From Clostridium celatum DSM 1785 (GTDB lineage: Bacteria; Bacillota; Clostridia; Clostridiales; Clostridiaceae), in assembly GCF_000320405.1 (NCBI RefSeq), contig NZ_KB291616.1, positions 16,833 through 80,832 on the forward strand: a DNA stretch of 64,000 nt, read 5' to 3'. Shown here piece by piece: positions 1 to 9,521 of this stretch (the stretch's first letter is position 1; every line of letters starts with the position of its first letter). The translations under genes and the position numbers were made by a program. The notes below the pieces were generated by a model. The model was not told the origin of the DNA and did no database searches. It saw nothing but the letters and a program-made list of their open reading frames with translations.

Positions 1-13
1 GGGATAAATAAAC

Positions 14-445
14 ATGAATAATACAGATCGTAGAGATGCTGAAATGCCCTATATATCTGATAGCTCTGTTATGGAGGAGCAAAGGATAACGAGAAGACTA
101 GTACAAGAACTTAATACTTCAGATAGAGGAGATTTTGAAAATATTAAACCAATTTCACGAAATTCTACTTATGAATATGGAATAAAAGTAGAAATAGGAA
201 ATAATGTATGGATTGGTGGTAATGTTGTAATTACACCAGGAGTAACTATTGGAGATAACGTTGTAATTGGAGCTGGTAGTGTTGTAACTAAAGATATACC
301 TGCAAATGTAATTGCAGCAGGAAATCCTTGTAGAGTTATAAGAGAAATAACTGAAGATGATAAAAGATATTACTACAAGAATAGAGAATTTGATGAAGAA
401 TCATGGAAGGTTATACAAGGGGAAGGAAGTAGTGAAAGTAGATAA
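14..445 (+). CDS. Hexapeptide-repeat O-acetyltransferase paralog, truncated. Keeps the Mac-like N-terminus and C-terminal LbH turns but lacks the central catalytic segment present in the 1821..2444 paralog.
   Basis: C-terminal [10 protein letters not shown]...YYYKNREF and [18 protein letters not shown] hexapeptide repeats align to the downstream maa-like gene. About 60 aa of the middle, including the conserved His region, are absent. A stop at 5-7 precedes the ATG at 14. Confidence 0.55.
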   Translation: MNNTDRRDAEMPYISDSSVMEEQRITRRLVQELNTSDRGDFENIKPISRNSTYEYGIKVEIGNNVWIGGNVVITPGVTIGDNVVIGAGSVVTKDIPANVIAAGNPCRVIREITEDDKRYYYKNREFDEESWKVIQGEGSSESR

Positions 446-1793
446 AGTATTTTATAGAAAATTAACTACATTGATATTTCCAATTGCATTTCAAAATTTC
501 ATGATGGCTGCAGTAAGTGCTTCTGATGCATTAATGCTAGGAGTATTAAATCAAGATTCTTTATCAGCAGTTTCATTAGCTGGACAGGTACAATTTGTAT
601 TAAATCTGTTTCTAGCGGCATTAACAATAGGAACAACGGTTTTAGTAGCTCAATATTGGGGTAAGAAAGATAAGGTAGTGGTAGAAAAGGTATTTGCAAT
701 TGTAATGAAGATTTCAATTATAATATCAGTAATATTTTTTATAGTAACAACGTTTGCTACTAAATATGTAATGAGAATTTTTACAGCAGATTCAATTTTA
801 ATAGAAAATGGAATAAAGTATTTAAGAATCGTTGGTATATCTTATTTTCTTACTGGAATTTCACAAATTTACTTGTGCATAATGAAAAATACTGGCTATG
901 CTTTGAAAAGTACTGTTATTAGTTCATTTTCTATGATATTAAATATTATTTTAAATATAATTTTTATTTTTGGAGTAGGAAATATTCCAGTAATGGGGAT
1001 ATCAGGAGCAGCTATTGCAACAGTTGTTTCAAGAGTTATTGAATTAGTTTGGGTAGTTATTGAATCATTTAAGCAAGATAGAATCAGAATACGAAAGAGT
1101 TACATTATTAATGTAGATAAAATTTTAAAAACTGATTTTTGGACATATACAATGCCTATATTAGGAAATGAATTAGTATGGGGAGTAGGCTTTACAATGT
1201 ATTCAGTTATTATGGGGCATTTAGGAAGTGATGCTGTTGCAGCAAATTCCATTGCAAATATTATGAAAAATCTAATAGATTGTGTTTGTATAGGAATAGG
1301 TGGAGCTAGTGGAATTATTGTTGGAAATGAATTAGGTAAAGGTGAATTAGAAAAAGCAAAATATTATGGAGATAGTTTATGTAAATTATCAGTTGTTGGT
1401 GGGATTATTTCAGGTTTAATTTTATTAATAATTAGTCCAATTATTTTAGCTTATTCAAATCTTAATATAGAAGCACATGAATATTTAAAAGGAATGTTAA
1501 TTATGTGTTCATATTATTTAATCGGTAAATCAATTAACTCTACGGTAATTGCAGGTGTTTTTTGTGCAGGAGGAGATTCAAAATTTGGTCTTAAATGCGA
1601 CACAGTAACAATGTGGGCAATAACTGTGCCATTAGGTATAATAGCAGCGCTATATTTAAAACTTCCTGTATTAGTTGTATATTTTATTATTAATTTAGAT
1701 GAAATTATTAAGCTACCAGCTGTTTATTATAATTATAAAAAGTATAACTGGGTAAAGGATCTTACAAGAATTACTATAACAAAATGTACTTAA
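357..1793 (+). CDS. MATE family multidrug efflux transporter. The true start is possibly at GTG 432 or ATG 393.
   Basis: Twelve-TM hydrophobic profile. N-terminal motif [33 protein letters not shown] is typical of MATE/NorM. The ORF-track ATG at 357 overlaps the upstream gene by 89 nt. GGAAGGAAG lies before GTG 432. Confidence 0.85.
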   Translation: MIKDITTRIENLMKNHGRLYKGKEVVKVDKVFYRKLTTLIFPIAFQNFMMAAVSASDALMLGVLNQDSLSAVSLAGQVQFVLNLFLAALTIGTTVLVAQYWGKKDKVVVEKVFAIVMKISIIISVIFFIVTTFATKYVMRIFTADSILIENGIKYLRIVGISYFLTGISQIYLCIMKNTGYALKSTVISSFSMILNIILNIIFIFGVGNIPVMGISGAAIATVVSRVIELVWVVIESFKQDRIRIRKSYIINVDKILKTDFWTYTMPILGNELVWGVGFTMYSVIMGHLGSDAVAANSIANIMKNLIDCVCIGIGGASGIIVGNELGKGELEKAKYYGDSLCKLSVVGGIISGLILLIISPIILAYSNLNIEAHEYLKGMLIMCSYYLIGKSINSTVIAGVFCAGGDSKFGLKCDTVTMWAITVPLGIIAALYLKLPVLVVYFIINLDEIIKLPAVYYNYKKYNWVKDLTRITITKCT

Positions 1794-1820
1794 AGAATGA
1801 GATATAAAGGGGAGAAAGTA

Positions 1821-2444
1821 GGTATGACAATGAGAGAAAGAATTGCTAAAGGAAAATTATTTACAGATTATTGTGAAGGGCTACCTGAAGATAGACAAAA
1901 TGCTAAAAGAAAAATGATAGCGTTAAATTCCACAGGTCCAGATGATTTAGAGAAACGTAATAGTTTGATAAATGAGATTTCGGGTAGAGAAACAAAGGCA
2001 TGGATAGAACCACCATTCTATTTTTGCTATGGTAAGAATATTGAAATAGGAGAAGGATCGTATATAAATTTTAATTGCAATTTTATTGATGATGGAAAAA
2101 TATTAATTGGAGAGAAAGTAATGTTTGGACCAGCTGTTACAATTGCAACTGTAGGTCATCCAATAAACCCAAATTACAGAGAATATATGTATGCTGATTC
2201 AGTAGTAATTGAAGATAATTGTTGGATAGGAGCAGGGGTTGTTATTTGTCCTGGAGTAACTATTGGTAAAAATAGTGTTATAGGTGCAGGTAGTGTGGTG
2301 ACAAAAAATATTCCAGCTAATTCAGTAGCTGTAGGTAATCCCTGTAGGGTTTTACGTGAAATTAATGAAAATGATATGAAATATTATTATAAGCATAGAG
2401 AAATAACTAAAGAAGATTTAAAAGAAGAAGCTAGCTTAAGATAA
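1821..2444 (+). CDS. maa: Maltose/galactoside O-acetyltransferase (hexapeptide repeat, Mac family)
   Basis: N-terminal Mac domain (ERIAKGKLFTDYCEGLPEDRQ). LbH repeats with the conserved GHPINPNYR and NPCRVLREI motifs. RBS AAAGGGGAGAAAG sits before ATG 1821. The ORF-track start at 1797 is probably an upstream extension. Confidence 0.8.
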   Translation, partial: GMTMRERIAKGKLFTDYCEGLPEDRQNAKRKMIALNSTGPDDLEKRNSLINEISGRETKAWIEPPFYFCYGKNIEIGEGSYINFNCNFIDDGKILIGEKVMFGPAVTIATVGHPINPNYREYMYADSVVIEDNCWIGAGVVICPGVTIGKNSVIGAGSVVTKNIPANSVAVGNPCRVLREINENDMKYYYKHREITKEDLKEEASLR

Positions 2445-2465
2445 TTAAGTAAAGGAGATATATAA

Positions 2466-2594
2466 ATGAAATTTTTAAAATCTATTAAGCAATTAATGAT
2501 TACACGTTTATGTGAAACTATTGTACATGAAGAAAATAAATTCTTTAAAGAGATTTATAAAGAGTATTTAGAAAGGCTTATTGAAGAGGTATAA
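2466..2594 (+). CDS. Small hypothetical protein, 42 aa
   Basis: Strong RBS AAGGAGATATATAA directly before ATG 2466. Reads MKFLKSIKQLMITRLCETIVHEENKFFKEIYKEYLERLIEEV. Not in the ORF track because it is under 60 aa. No homology recognised. Confidence 0.3.
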   Translation: MKFLKSIKQLMITRLCETIVHEENKFFKEIYKEYLERLIEEV

Positions 2595-2767
2595 ATTTCA
2601 ATATAAAATGAAGATTTTTAAGTGGTTAAAAATATAAGTGATATCTTAAAAGGATATTACTTATATTTTTTTTATGTAAATCTTTATTTTTTATCTAATA
2701 ATTATAGTATTTAAATTAATATGGTATAATTTTAAAAATGTAGAGGTGTGAAATTTATTTTAAGGAT

Positions 2768-2779
2768 AGAAAGCTTTCT
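2768..2779. promoter_or_regulatory. Perfect 12-bp palindrome AGAAAGCTTTCT between a candidate TATAAT promoter (about 2724) and the eutH RBS. Candidate operator.
   Basis: Seen directly in the sequence. Self-complementary. Lies 75-90 nt upstream of the eutH start. Confidence 0.3.
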
Positions 2780-2856
2780 GTCAAATATAAATAAAAACTT
2801 TATATAGGAGATAAATGCCAAATAAGAAAAATTTAAATATAGGAGAAGATATAATT

Positions 2857-3945
2857 ATGACATTTGACAATTTTATAATATGGTTAATGGCAATAGGAAT
2901 TTTACTTGGTGCCATTGATAGACTGCTTAAAAATAAGTTTGGATTAGGAGAAAAGTTTGAAGAGGGATTAAATTCAATGGGTCCTTTAGCTCTTAGTATG
3001 GTTGGAATAGTAAGCTTATCACCAGTAATATCTAAGATATTAAGTCCTATAATAATACCTGTATATAAATTATTAGGAGCAGATCCAGCAATGTTTGCTT
3101 CAATTTTAGCAAATGATATGGGAGGATACCAGTTAGCTTTATCATTAGGAGAGAATAAAGAAATAGCATTATTTTCAGGTTTAATAGTTGCAGCAATGCT
3201 TGGATGCACAATTGTATTTTCTATTCCTGTTGCATTAGGTTTAATAGAAGATAAAGATAAAGAGTTTTTTGCCAAGGGATTATTAATAGGTTTATCAACT
3301 ATACCATTAGGTTCTATTGTTGGTGGTTTAGTAATGAAAATAAATATAAAGATACTTTTAGTAAATGTTATTCCTATTATTTTAATATCACTTTTATTAA
3401 TTTTAGGATTGAAATTTTTCCAGAAAACAATGATAAAAGGGGTATTATGCTTTGGAAAATTTATCTTATGGCTTAGTACTATAGGCTTAGCAGCTGCAGC
3501 TTTTGAGAGCTTAACTGGTATAGTTTTAATAAAGGGAATGGCACCTATTCAGGAAGGAATGAATGTAGTAATAAATATTGGAATAGTTCTTTTAGGAACA
3601 TTTCCTATGTTAACTTTAATAATAAAGGTATTGGACAAGCCTTTAAGAAAAATAGGTAAATATATAGGGTTAGATGCTACAAGTATTGCAGGAATAATCT
3701 TTTCTTTAGCTAATAGTATTCCTGTTTTTAAAATGTTAAAAGATATGAATAACAGAGGTAAAATTATAAATGTTGCTTGGTTAGTTTCAGCAACATCAAC
3801 TTTAGGTGCTCATTTAGGCTTCACCGCTGGAGTTGAAACAAAAATGATAATTCCAGTAATAGTAAGCAAACTATTTGCAGGAGTATGTGCAATTGTAATA
3901 GCACTATTTTTCACTAGGGATAAGAGTAAAATACAAGAGTATTAA
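2857..3945 (+). CDS. eutH: Ethanolamine utilisation protein EutH (ethanolamine permease) family membrane protein
   Basis: FGLGEKFEEGLNSMGPLALSMVGIVSLSPV and the DMGGYQLA motifs are characteristic of EutH. Polytopic membrane protein. RBS AGGAGA before ATG 2857. The ORF track starts at 2815. Confidence 0.7.
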   Translation: MTFDNFIIWLMAIGILLGAIDRLLKNKFGLGEKFEEGLNSMGPLALSMVGIVSLSPVISKILSPIIIPVYKLLGADPAMFASILANDMGGYQLALSLGENKEIALFSGLIVAAMLGCTIVFSIPVALGLIEDKDKEFFAKGLLIGLSTIPLGSIVGGLVMKINIKILLVNVIPIILISLLLILGLKFFQKTMIKGVLCFGKFILWLSTIGLAAAAFESLTGIVLIKGMAPIQEGMNVVINIGIVLLGTFPMLTLIIKVLDKPLRKIGKYIGLDATSIAGIIFSLANSIPVFKMLKDMNNRGKIINVAWLVSATSTLGAHLGFTAGVETKMIIPVIVSKLFAGVCAIVIALFFTRDKSKIQEY

Positions 3946-4118
3946 TTATAAGAATATAATAAAGATAATGATTTAATTAAAATAAAGCACATATAGACTT
4001 AATTATATAGTTTATATGTGCTTTATTAAATTTATATATTTTAGATTTATAATAGGAGTTTAATTTTTAAAATATTAATATTATTAAGCTAAAAAGATTT
4101 ATATAGCTAAGAGAATAA

Positions 4119-4589
4119 CTATAGTGTTTTTATGTACCATACATCACAAGCATAATGTTCAGTTTCTATTAAAGGTTTATCTAACTTAGTAAAACCTGAT
4201 TTTTTATAAAATTTATTTGCTGCAACCATATTACTAAATGTTTCAAGGTAGCATTTTTTATAGTGTTCTTTTGCAAAATCTAAGGATAGCTTTAATAATT
4301 TTTCTGCAATTCCAGTACCACGTACTTCTTTAAATGAATACATTTTTTGTAATTCACATACATCTTCTGCACCATTTAATGGTCCTATACCACAACCAGC
4401 AACTATCTTATTATTATCTTCTACAACATAATACTTTGATTTTTCATTTTGATATACTTGAAAAAATCTACCTAAATCAGGGTCACTCCAAGCACATCCA
4501 GGTTTATTTGCTCCAAATTCTATTAAACAACTACGAATAAGGTTTTCTACGTCCTTATTATCTTTTTCTTCTATTTCTCTTATTATCAT
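4119..4589 (-). CDS. GNAT family N-acetyltransferase
   Basis: Acetyl-CoA binding motif RGTGIAEKLL. Typical GNAT length and architecture. Confidence 0.8.
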   Translation of the reverse strand: MIIREIEEKDNKDVENLIRSCLIEFGANKPGCAWSDPDLGRFFQVYQNEKSKYYVVEDNNKIVAGCGIGPLNGAEDVCELQKMYSFKEVRGTGIAEKLLKLSLDFAKEHYKKCYLETFSNMVAANKFYKKSGFTKLDKPLIETEHYACDVWYIKTL

Positions 4590-4810
4590 AAGATGCCTCC
4601 ATAATTAGTAATTTACCTACTAATAAGTATAGCAGAAGTTGTGATATTATTCTCAAATTAGTTTTAAAGTACTTTAAGATTACTTGAAAAATTCATAGAC
4701 GTTAAACTTTTTTGTTTAAGTATATTTAGGAAGATTCTTAAATATTTTTGGATAAAAGTAAAAATATATTTACTTTTCCACAAAAAGGAGTATAATGTAA
4801 TTAAAGAAAA

Positions 4811-4828
4811 TGATAATCAATATCGATA
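4811..4828. promoter_or_regulatory. Fur-box-like site TGATAATCAATATCGATA upstream of feoA
   Basis: Resembles the GATAATGATAATCATTATC Fur consensus. Positioned about 17 nt before the feoA RBS. Confidence 0.45.
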
Positions 4829-4844
4829 AAAGAGGGTGGATATA

Positions 4845-5054
4845 ATGTCATTAATATTATCTCAAGTTGGAGAAGAGGTTAAAATAAAAAAAATTACAGG
4901 AAATAGCGAAACTAAAAAGTTTCTAAATAGTTTAGGTTTTGTTATTGGAGAAGGAATTACTATTGTTTCTGATTTAGGAGGTAATTTAATAGTTAATATT
5001 AAAGGTGCTAGAATTGCATTAGATAAAGGAATGGCTAGTAGAATTATTGTTTAG
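4845..5054 (+). CDS. feoA: Ferrous iron transport protein A (FeoA), copy 1
   Basis: About 70-aa SH3-like FeoA. Motif KIKKITGNSETKKFLNSLGF. RBS AGAGGGTGG before ATG 4845. Confidence 0.8.
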   Translation: MSLILSQVGEEVKIKKITGNSETKKFLNSLGFVIGEGITIVSDLGGNLIVNIKGARIALDKGMASRIIV

Positions 5055-5289
5055 GGGGAAAAGCTTTATGACTAAATTAAATGAAGTAAAATGTGGAGAA
5101 ACAGTTAAGGTAAAAAAGGTAGAGGGAGCAGGTGCTGTTCGTAGAAGAATAATGGATATGGGCATTACTAAGGGAAGTGAAGTGTATGTTCGTAAAGTTG
5201 CACCGCTTGGAGATCCTATAGAAATAAATATAAGAGGATATGAGTTATCATTAAGAAAGTATGATGCAGAAATGATAATAGTTGAGTAA
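5047..5289 (+). CDS. feoA: Ferrous iron transport protein A (FeoA), copy 2
   Basis: VKVKKVEGAGAVRRRIMDMGITKGSEV FeoA motif. Overlaps the end of copy 1. Immediately precedes feoB. Confidence 0.8.
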   Translation: MFRGKSFMTKLNEVKCGETVKVKKVEGAGAVRRRIMDMGITKGSEVYVRKVAPLGDPIEINIRGYELSLRKYDAEMIIVE

Positions 5290-5328
5290 ATAAATAATCT
5301 AATAATTTAACTTATAGGGGGATTAAAT

Positions 5329-7476
5329 ATGTCAATAAAAATAGGTTTAGCTGGTAATCCTAATAGTGGAAAAACAACTATGTTTAACAATCTAACAGGT
5401 GCTAAGCAATACGTTGGAAATTGGCCTGGAGTAACAGTAGAAAAGAAAAGTGGGAAAATTAAGGGACATAAAGATGTAGAGTTAGTGGACTTGCCAGGGG
5501 TATATTCTTTATCACCATATACGCTAGAAGAAGTAGTAACGCGTAATTTTATGATAGATGAAAAACCAGATGTAGTTATTAATATTATAGATGCATCAAA
5601 TATTGAAAGAAATCTTTATTTAACTACACAAATATTAGAGCTTGGAATTCCAACAGTTATAGCTTTAAATATGATTGATATAGTTAAAAAAAGAGGAGAT
5701 ATAATAGATATTAACAAGTTATCTAAACTTTTAGGATGCCCAGTTGTTAAAACAAGTGCTTTAAAAGGTGAAGGTACAAAGGAAGTTGCAAATAAGGCTA
5801 TTCAATTAGCAAAATCTAACAATGATAATGAATTTCAGCTTCAATTCTCAAGTGAAGTTAAAGAAGCTATAGAAGCTATAAAAAAAGTAATTATAAATAA
5901 TAATTTATCTAATGAAAATATCAATGAGCAATGGATGGCAATTAAGCTTTTTGAACGTGATAGTAATTTACTTGAGAAAGTTAGATTATCTAACAGTGTA
6001 AGTAATGAATTGGAAGATATTATTAAAAAATGTGAAACTGAATTTGATGATGATGCTGAAGGAATAATAACTTCTGAAAGATATGAATATATTGGTACGT
6101 TAATTTCTAAGGTATTAAAAAAGAAAAATAATTCTAAGCATACAGTATCAGATAAGATAGATAAGATAGTTACTAATCGTATATTAGCATTACCTATATT
6201 TGCATTAGTGATGTGGGCAGTATACTATATTTCAGTTAGTTCATTAGGTGCTATATTAACAGATTGGACAAATGATACACTATTTGGTGAAATAATAGGA
6301 GAAAATGTTGCGGCATTTTTAGAAAATATAGGAACAGCACCATGGTTACAAGGACTTATTAATGATGGTATTATTGGTGGTGTTGGTGCTGTATTAGGCT
6401 TTGTTCCTCAAATAATGTTATTATTCTTTTTACTAGCTTTATTGGAAGATTGCGGATATATGGCTAGAATAGCATTTATCATGGATAGAATTTTACGTAA
6501 ATTTGGTCTTTCAGGAAAATCATTTATACCAGTACTTATAAGTTCAGGTTGTGGTGTTCCAGGAATAATGGCAACACGTACAATGGAAAATGATAAAGAT
6601 AGAAAACTTACAATTATGCTTACTACATTTATTCCTTGTGGAGCAAAATTACCTATTATTGCTTTATTTGCAGGAGCTATATTTGGTGGAGCATCATGGG
6701 TAGCACCAGCAGTATACTTCTTAGGAATTTTTATGATTATAATTTGTGGAATTATATTAAATAAAACTAAAGCATTTAAAGGAGAACCAGCTCCATTTGT
6801 TATGGAACTTCCTCAATATCATATACCAAGTCTTAAAGGTGTTTTAATCCATATGTGGGATAGAGGAAAGGCATTTATAATTAAGGCAGGTACAATTATA
6901 TTTGTTGCTTGTGCAGTAATTTGGTTCACTAGTTCATTTAATTGGACTTTACAAATGGTAGATACTCCAGATAGTATATTAGCAAGCATTGGTAGAGTTA
7001 TAGCTCCAATATTTGCACCACTTGGATTTGGAAATTGGCAATCAGCAGTGGCAACTTTAACTGGATTTGTAGCTAAGGAAAATGTTGTAGCAACATTTGG
7101 AGTAATATTTGGTATAGCAGAAGCAGCAGAAGATACACCAGAGCTATTAATGCAAATGAATACAATGTTTACAGCTGCAAGTGGATTTGCATTTATTATG
7201 TTTAATATGCTTAATGCACCTTGTTTTGCAGCAATTGGCGCAATAAGAAGAGAAATGGGTTCTTGGAAATGGATGTGGATAACAATAGGATTCCAAACAG
7301 TAACTGCATACATTGTAGCTCTTATAATTAACCAAGTAGGAAGCTTAATTTTAGGAACAGGAAGTGTAATTGGAGCTATAATATCAGTACTAATAGCAAT
7401 ACTTGCAATTTTCTTAGCAGTAAGGTCTGGAAATAGTATTAAAAATACAAAAAAAGTACAGCAAGTAAATGCATAA
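5329..7476 (+). CDS. feoB: Ferrous iron transporter FeoB (G-protein domain plus membrane permease)
   Basis: N-terminal GTPase motifs GNPNSGKTT and DLPG. Long polytopic C-terminal domain with the gate motif region. 715 aa. Confidence 0.95.
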   Translation: MSIKIGLAGNPNSGKTTMFNNLTGAKQYVGNWPGVTVEKKSGKIKGHKDVELVDLPGVYSLSPYTLEEVVTRNFMIDEKPDVVINIIDASNIERNLYLTTQILELGIPTVIALNMIDIVKKRGDIIDINKLSKLLGCPVVKTSALKGEGTKEVANKAIQLAKSNNDNEFQLQFSSEVKEAIEAIKKVIINNNLSNENINEQWMAIKLFERDSNLLEKVRLSNSVSNELEDIIKKCETEFDDDAEGIITSERYEYIGTLISKVLKKKNNSKHTVSDKIDKIVTNRILALPIFALVMWAVYYISVSSLGAILTDWTNDTLFGEIIGENVAAFLENIGTAPWLQGLINDGIIGGVGAVLGFVPQIMLLFFLLALLEDCGYMARIAFIMDRILRKFGLSGKSFIPVLISSGCGVPGIMATRTMENDKDRKLTIMLTTFIPCGAKLPIIALFAGAIFGGASWVAPAVYFLGIFMIIICGIILNKTKAFKGEPAPFVMELPQYHIPSLKGVLIHMWDRGKAFIIKAGTIIFVACAVIWFTSSFNWTLQMVDTPDSILASIGRVIAPIFAPLGFGNWQSAVATLTGFVAKENVVATFGVIFGIAEAAEDTPELLMQMNTMFTAASGFAFIMFNMLNAPCFAAIGAIRREMGSWKWMWITIGFQTVTAYIVALIINQVGSLILGTGSVIGAIISVLIAILAIFLAVRSGNSIKNTKKVQQVNA

Positions 7477-7513
7477 TAAGTACTTATTAAATATGAAAGT
7501 GAAGTGATTAGGA

Positions 7514-7675
7514 ATGGCAACATTTATAGTAGGAGCAATAGTTTTTATATTATTATTTTTAGCTGTATATAGCATGGTTAAGAAAAAAAGAGAGAATAAA
7601 GGTGGTTGCGGTTGTGGTTGTTCAGGCTGTCCTTCAAATAAGTCTTGTGAAAGTAATATAAAATTAAAAAAATGA
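7514..7675 (+). CDS. FeoB-associated Cys-rich membrane protein (53 aa), unannotated small ORF
   Basis: ATG at 7514 lies 38 nt after the feoB stop. Reads MATFIVGAIVFILLFLAVYSMVKKKRENKGGCGCGCSGCPSNKSCESNIKLKK. One TM helix followed by a GCGCGCSGC Cys-rich tail. Small proteins of this type are typically found after feoB in Firmicutes. Confidence 0.6.
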   Translation: MATFIVGAIVFILLFLAVYSMVKKKRENKGGCGCGCSGCPSNKSCESNIKLKK

Positions 7676-8144
7676 TTAAATAAAGTTAATTAGATTGAGA
7701 TTATATCAAGTGTAAGTGTATAAAATATACTAAAAATTTGATATAGTCTCTTTTTGTTAAGTTTTATAATTAATAATATAAAAATGATTTAAGTGATAAT
7801 TTAATAGGTTTCATACATATAAATTAAAATTAGCTTTTAAGAAAAATGACAGTATTAAAATTAATTCAGTCATAAATCTGTAATAACTATATAAAAGTTA
7901 GGTGACTTTAATAGAGTTGTCAAAATGATAAATTCTTAATAAAAATAAGGTTGTAGAATGCAATGATTAATTTTGTTTATAAATTTATATGAAAATGTTA
8001 ATAAAAATTTGAAATTTAATGATAATTTGTATATAATGTTAATAATATGAAATTAATATAAAAATTGAAAATATGAAGTGATTTAATTTCATATTTAGAT
8101 TTTTTTATCAAATATTAGACTAATTAAATAAAGGAGCGTTATAA

Positions 8145-9458
8145 ATGAAAGAAAATTTGGGGTTATATCATAGTAGTTTTGAACATGACGCATGTGGAAT
8201 AGGAGCAGTAGTAAGTATAAAGGGGGAAAAATCTAATAAAGTTATAAATGATGCTTTAGATATTTTAGAAAATTTAAAGCATAGAGGAGGAACAGGAGCT
8301 GATGAAAATACTGGTGACGGTGCTGGTATATTAATGCAAATACCTCATAGCTTTTTTAAGAAGGTATGTAAAAAAGAAAATATTGTTTTACCTGAAAGTG
8401 GACAATACGCAGTTGGGGTATTATTCCTTCCAATAGAAGAAGATAAAAGAAAATTAGCACTAGATATAATAAATAAAGTTTTAATTTATAAGGGCTATAA
8501 AACTTTATTATTAAGAGATGTACCTGTAGATTATAGTAATTTAGGAAAGGCTGCATTAGGGTCTATGCCTAAAATTATTCAAATTATATTAAATAAACCA
8601 GAAGATATAAAAGAAAATAAGGAATTTGAAAGAGATTTATATATATTAAGAAGAAATATTGAAAAAGCTTTTAATGATGAAGAAAAGTTAAATAATTGTA
8701 CTACTTATATAGCTTCACTTTCTTCTAAAACAATAGTTTATAAGGGAATGCTATTATCTACACAAGTAAGAACTTTCTACAATGATTTATTGGATAAGGA
8801 TTTTAAATCAGCTATAGCTTTAGTGCACTCAAGATATTCAACAAATACTTTTCCAAGTTGGGAAAGAGCACATCCAAATAGATTAATGGTTCATAATGGA
8901 GAAATAAATACTTTAAGAGGTAATGTTAATAAGATTTACTCAAGAGAAGGTTCTATTAAATCAGAAGTCTTTAAAGATAGGTTACAAGAAGTATTACCTA
9001 TAATAAACAAGGAAGGTTCAGATTCGGCAACCTTTGATAATGTATTAGAATTTTTATATATGGGTGGAAGAGATATAGCAAGATCAATATTAATGTTAAT
9101 TCCAGAACCATGGGAAAAGTCTAAAAATATAGATGAAGATAAAAAAGCATTTTACAAATATAATTCAACAATAATGGAACCATGGGATGGACCAGCATCT
9201 ATAGTATTTACTGATGGGGATAAAGTAGGTGCAGTTTTAGATAGAAATGGTTTAAGACCTTCTAGATACTATGTAACAGATGATGGATATCTATATCTTT
9301 CATCAGAAACTGGCGCAGTATACATAGATGAAGAAAGAGTCGTAAGAAAAGAAAGATTAGAGCCAGGAAAGATTTTATTAGTAGATACTGTTAAAGGAGA
9401 ATTAATTGAAGACTCTGAGCTTAAAAAGCAATATAGCTTAGAGCATCCATATAAATAG
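8145..9458 (+). CDS. gltB: Glutamate synthase large subunit, N-terminal class-II glutamine amidotransferase domain. Ends at an in-frame TAG.
   Basis: Begins MKENLGLYHSSFEHDACGIGAV, with Cys1 of the Ntn-amidotransferase at CGIG. Typical GltB N-domain over 437 aa. Confidence 0.85.
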   Translation: MKENLGLYHSSFEHDACGIGAVVSIKGEKSNKVINDALDILENLKHRGGTGADENTGDGAGILMQIPHSFFKKVCKKENIVLPESGQYAVGVLFLPIEEDKRKLALDIINKVLIYKGYKTLLLRDVPVDYSNLGKAALGSMPKIIQIILNKPEDIKENKEFERDLYILRRNIEKAFNDEEKLNNCTTYIASLSSKTIVYKGMLLSTQVRTFYNDLLDKDFKSAIALVHSRYSTNTFPSWERAHPNRLMVHNGEINTLRGNVNKIYSREGSIKSEVFKDRLQEVLPIINKEGSDSATFDNVLEFLYMGGRDIARSILMLIPEPWEKSKNIDEDKKAFYKYNSTIMEPWDGPASIVFTDGDKVGAVLDRNGLRPSRYYVTDDGYLYLSSETGAVYIDEERVVRKERLEPGKILLVDTVKGELIEDSELKKQYSLEHPYK

Positions 9459-9521
9459 TGGCTAGATGAAAGATTAACAACACTTAAAAGTATAAATATA
9501 GATAATTATCAGCAGAAATTT

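Noticed and set aside
499-717. Antisense or alternative-frame ORFs listed in the six-frame track, including:
- 499..717 (-)
- 2781..3275 (-)
- 4334..4540 (+)
- 6819..7523 (-)
- 7147..7335 (-)
- 8356..8556 (-)
- 11837..12034 (-)
- 13250..13432 (-)
- 18530..18784 (-)
- 19869..20066 (-)
- 21713..21907 (-)
- 22607..22837 (-)
- 23054..23254 (-)
- 23307..23582 (-)
- 26666..26923 (-)
- 27008..27292 (+)
- 27973..28221 (-)
- 31294..31716 (-)
- 32539..33042 (-)
- 34558..34971 (-)
- 36355..36600 (-)
- 37905..38165 (+)
- 39214..39399 (-)
- 45724..45963 (-)
- 46506..46718 (+)
- 47024..47260 (-)
- 54218..54517 (-)
- 60016..60210 (-)
- 61626..61844 (-)
- 61997..62191 (+)
- 62706..62903 (-)
   Set aside because: Each lies wholly inside, or heavily overlaps, a much longer ORF with clear family motifs. 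Their low-complexity Leu/Ile/Phe/Ser-rich translations are typical of shadow ORFs in AT-rich DNA.
2600-2856. Adenosylcobalamin or other riboswitch upstream of eutH
   Set aside because: No GC-rich conserved core (for example the B12 box) is visible. The region is plain AT-rich promoter DNA with one palindrome.
7900-8144. TnrA/GlnR-type box or glutamine-sensing element upstream of gltB (TGTCAAAATGATAAA; inverted TGAAATTAA/TTAATTTCA pair at 8047-8093)
   Set aside because: Only half-site resemblance to TGTNAN7TNACA. The inverted pair is AT-only and could arise by chance in this composition.
9456-9458. Pyrrolysine decoding of the in-frame TAG in gltB
   Set aside because: No pylTSBCD genes, and no other sign of amber recoding, in this window. 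Error, nonsense mutation or split gene are more parsimonious. It cannot be fully excluded without the whole genome.
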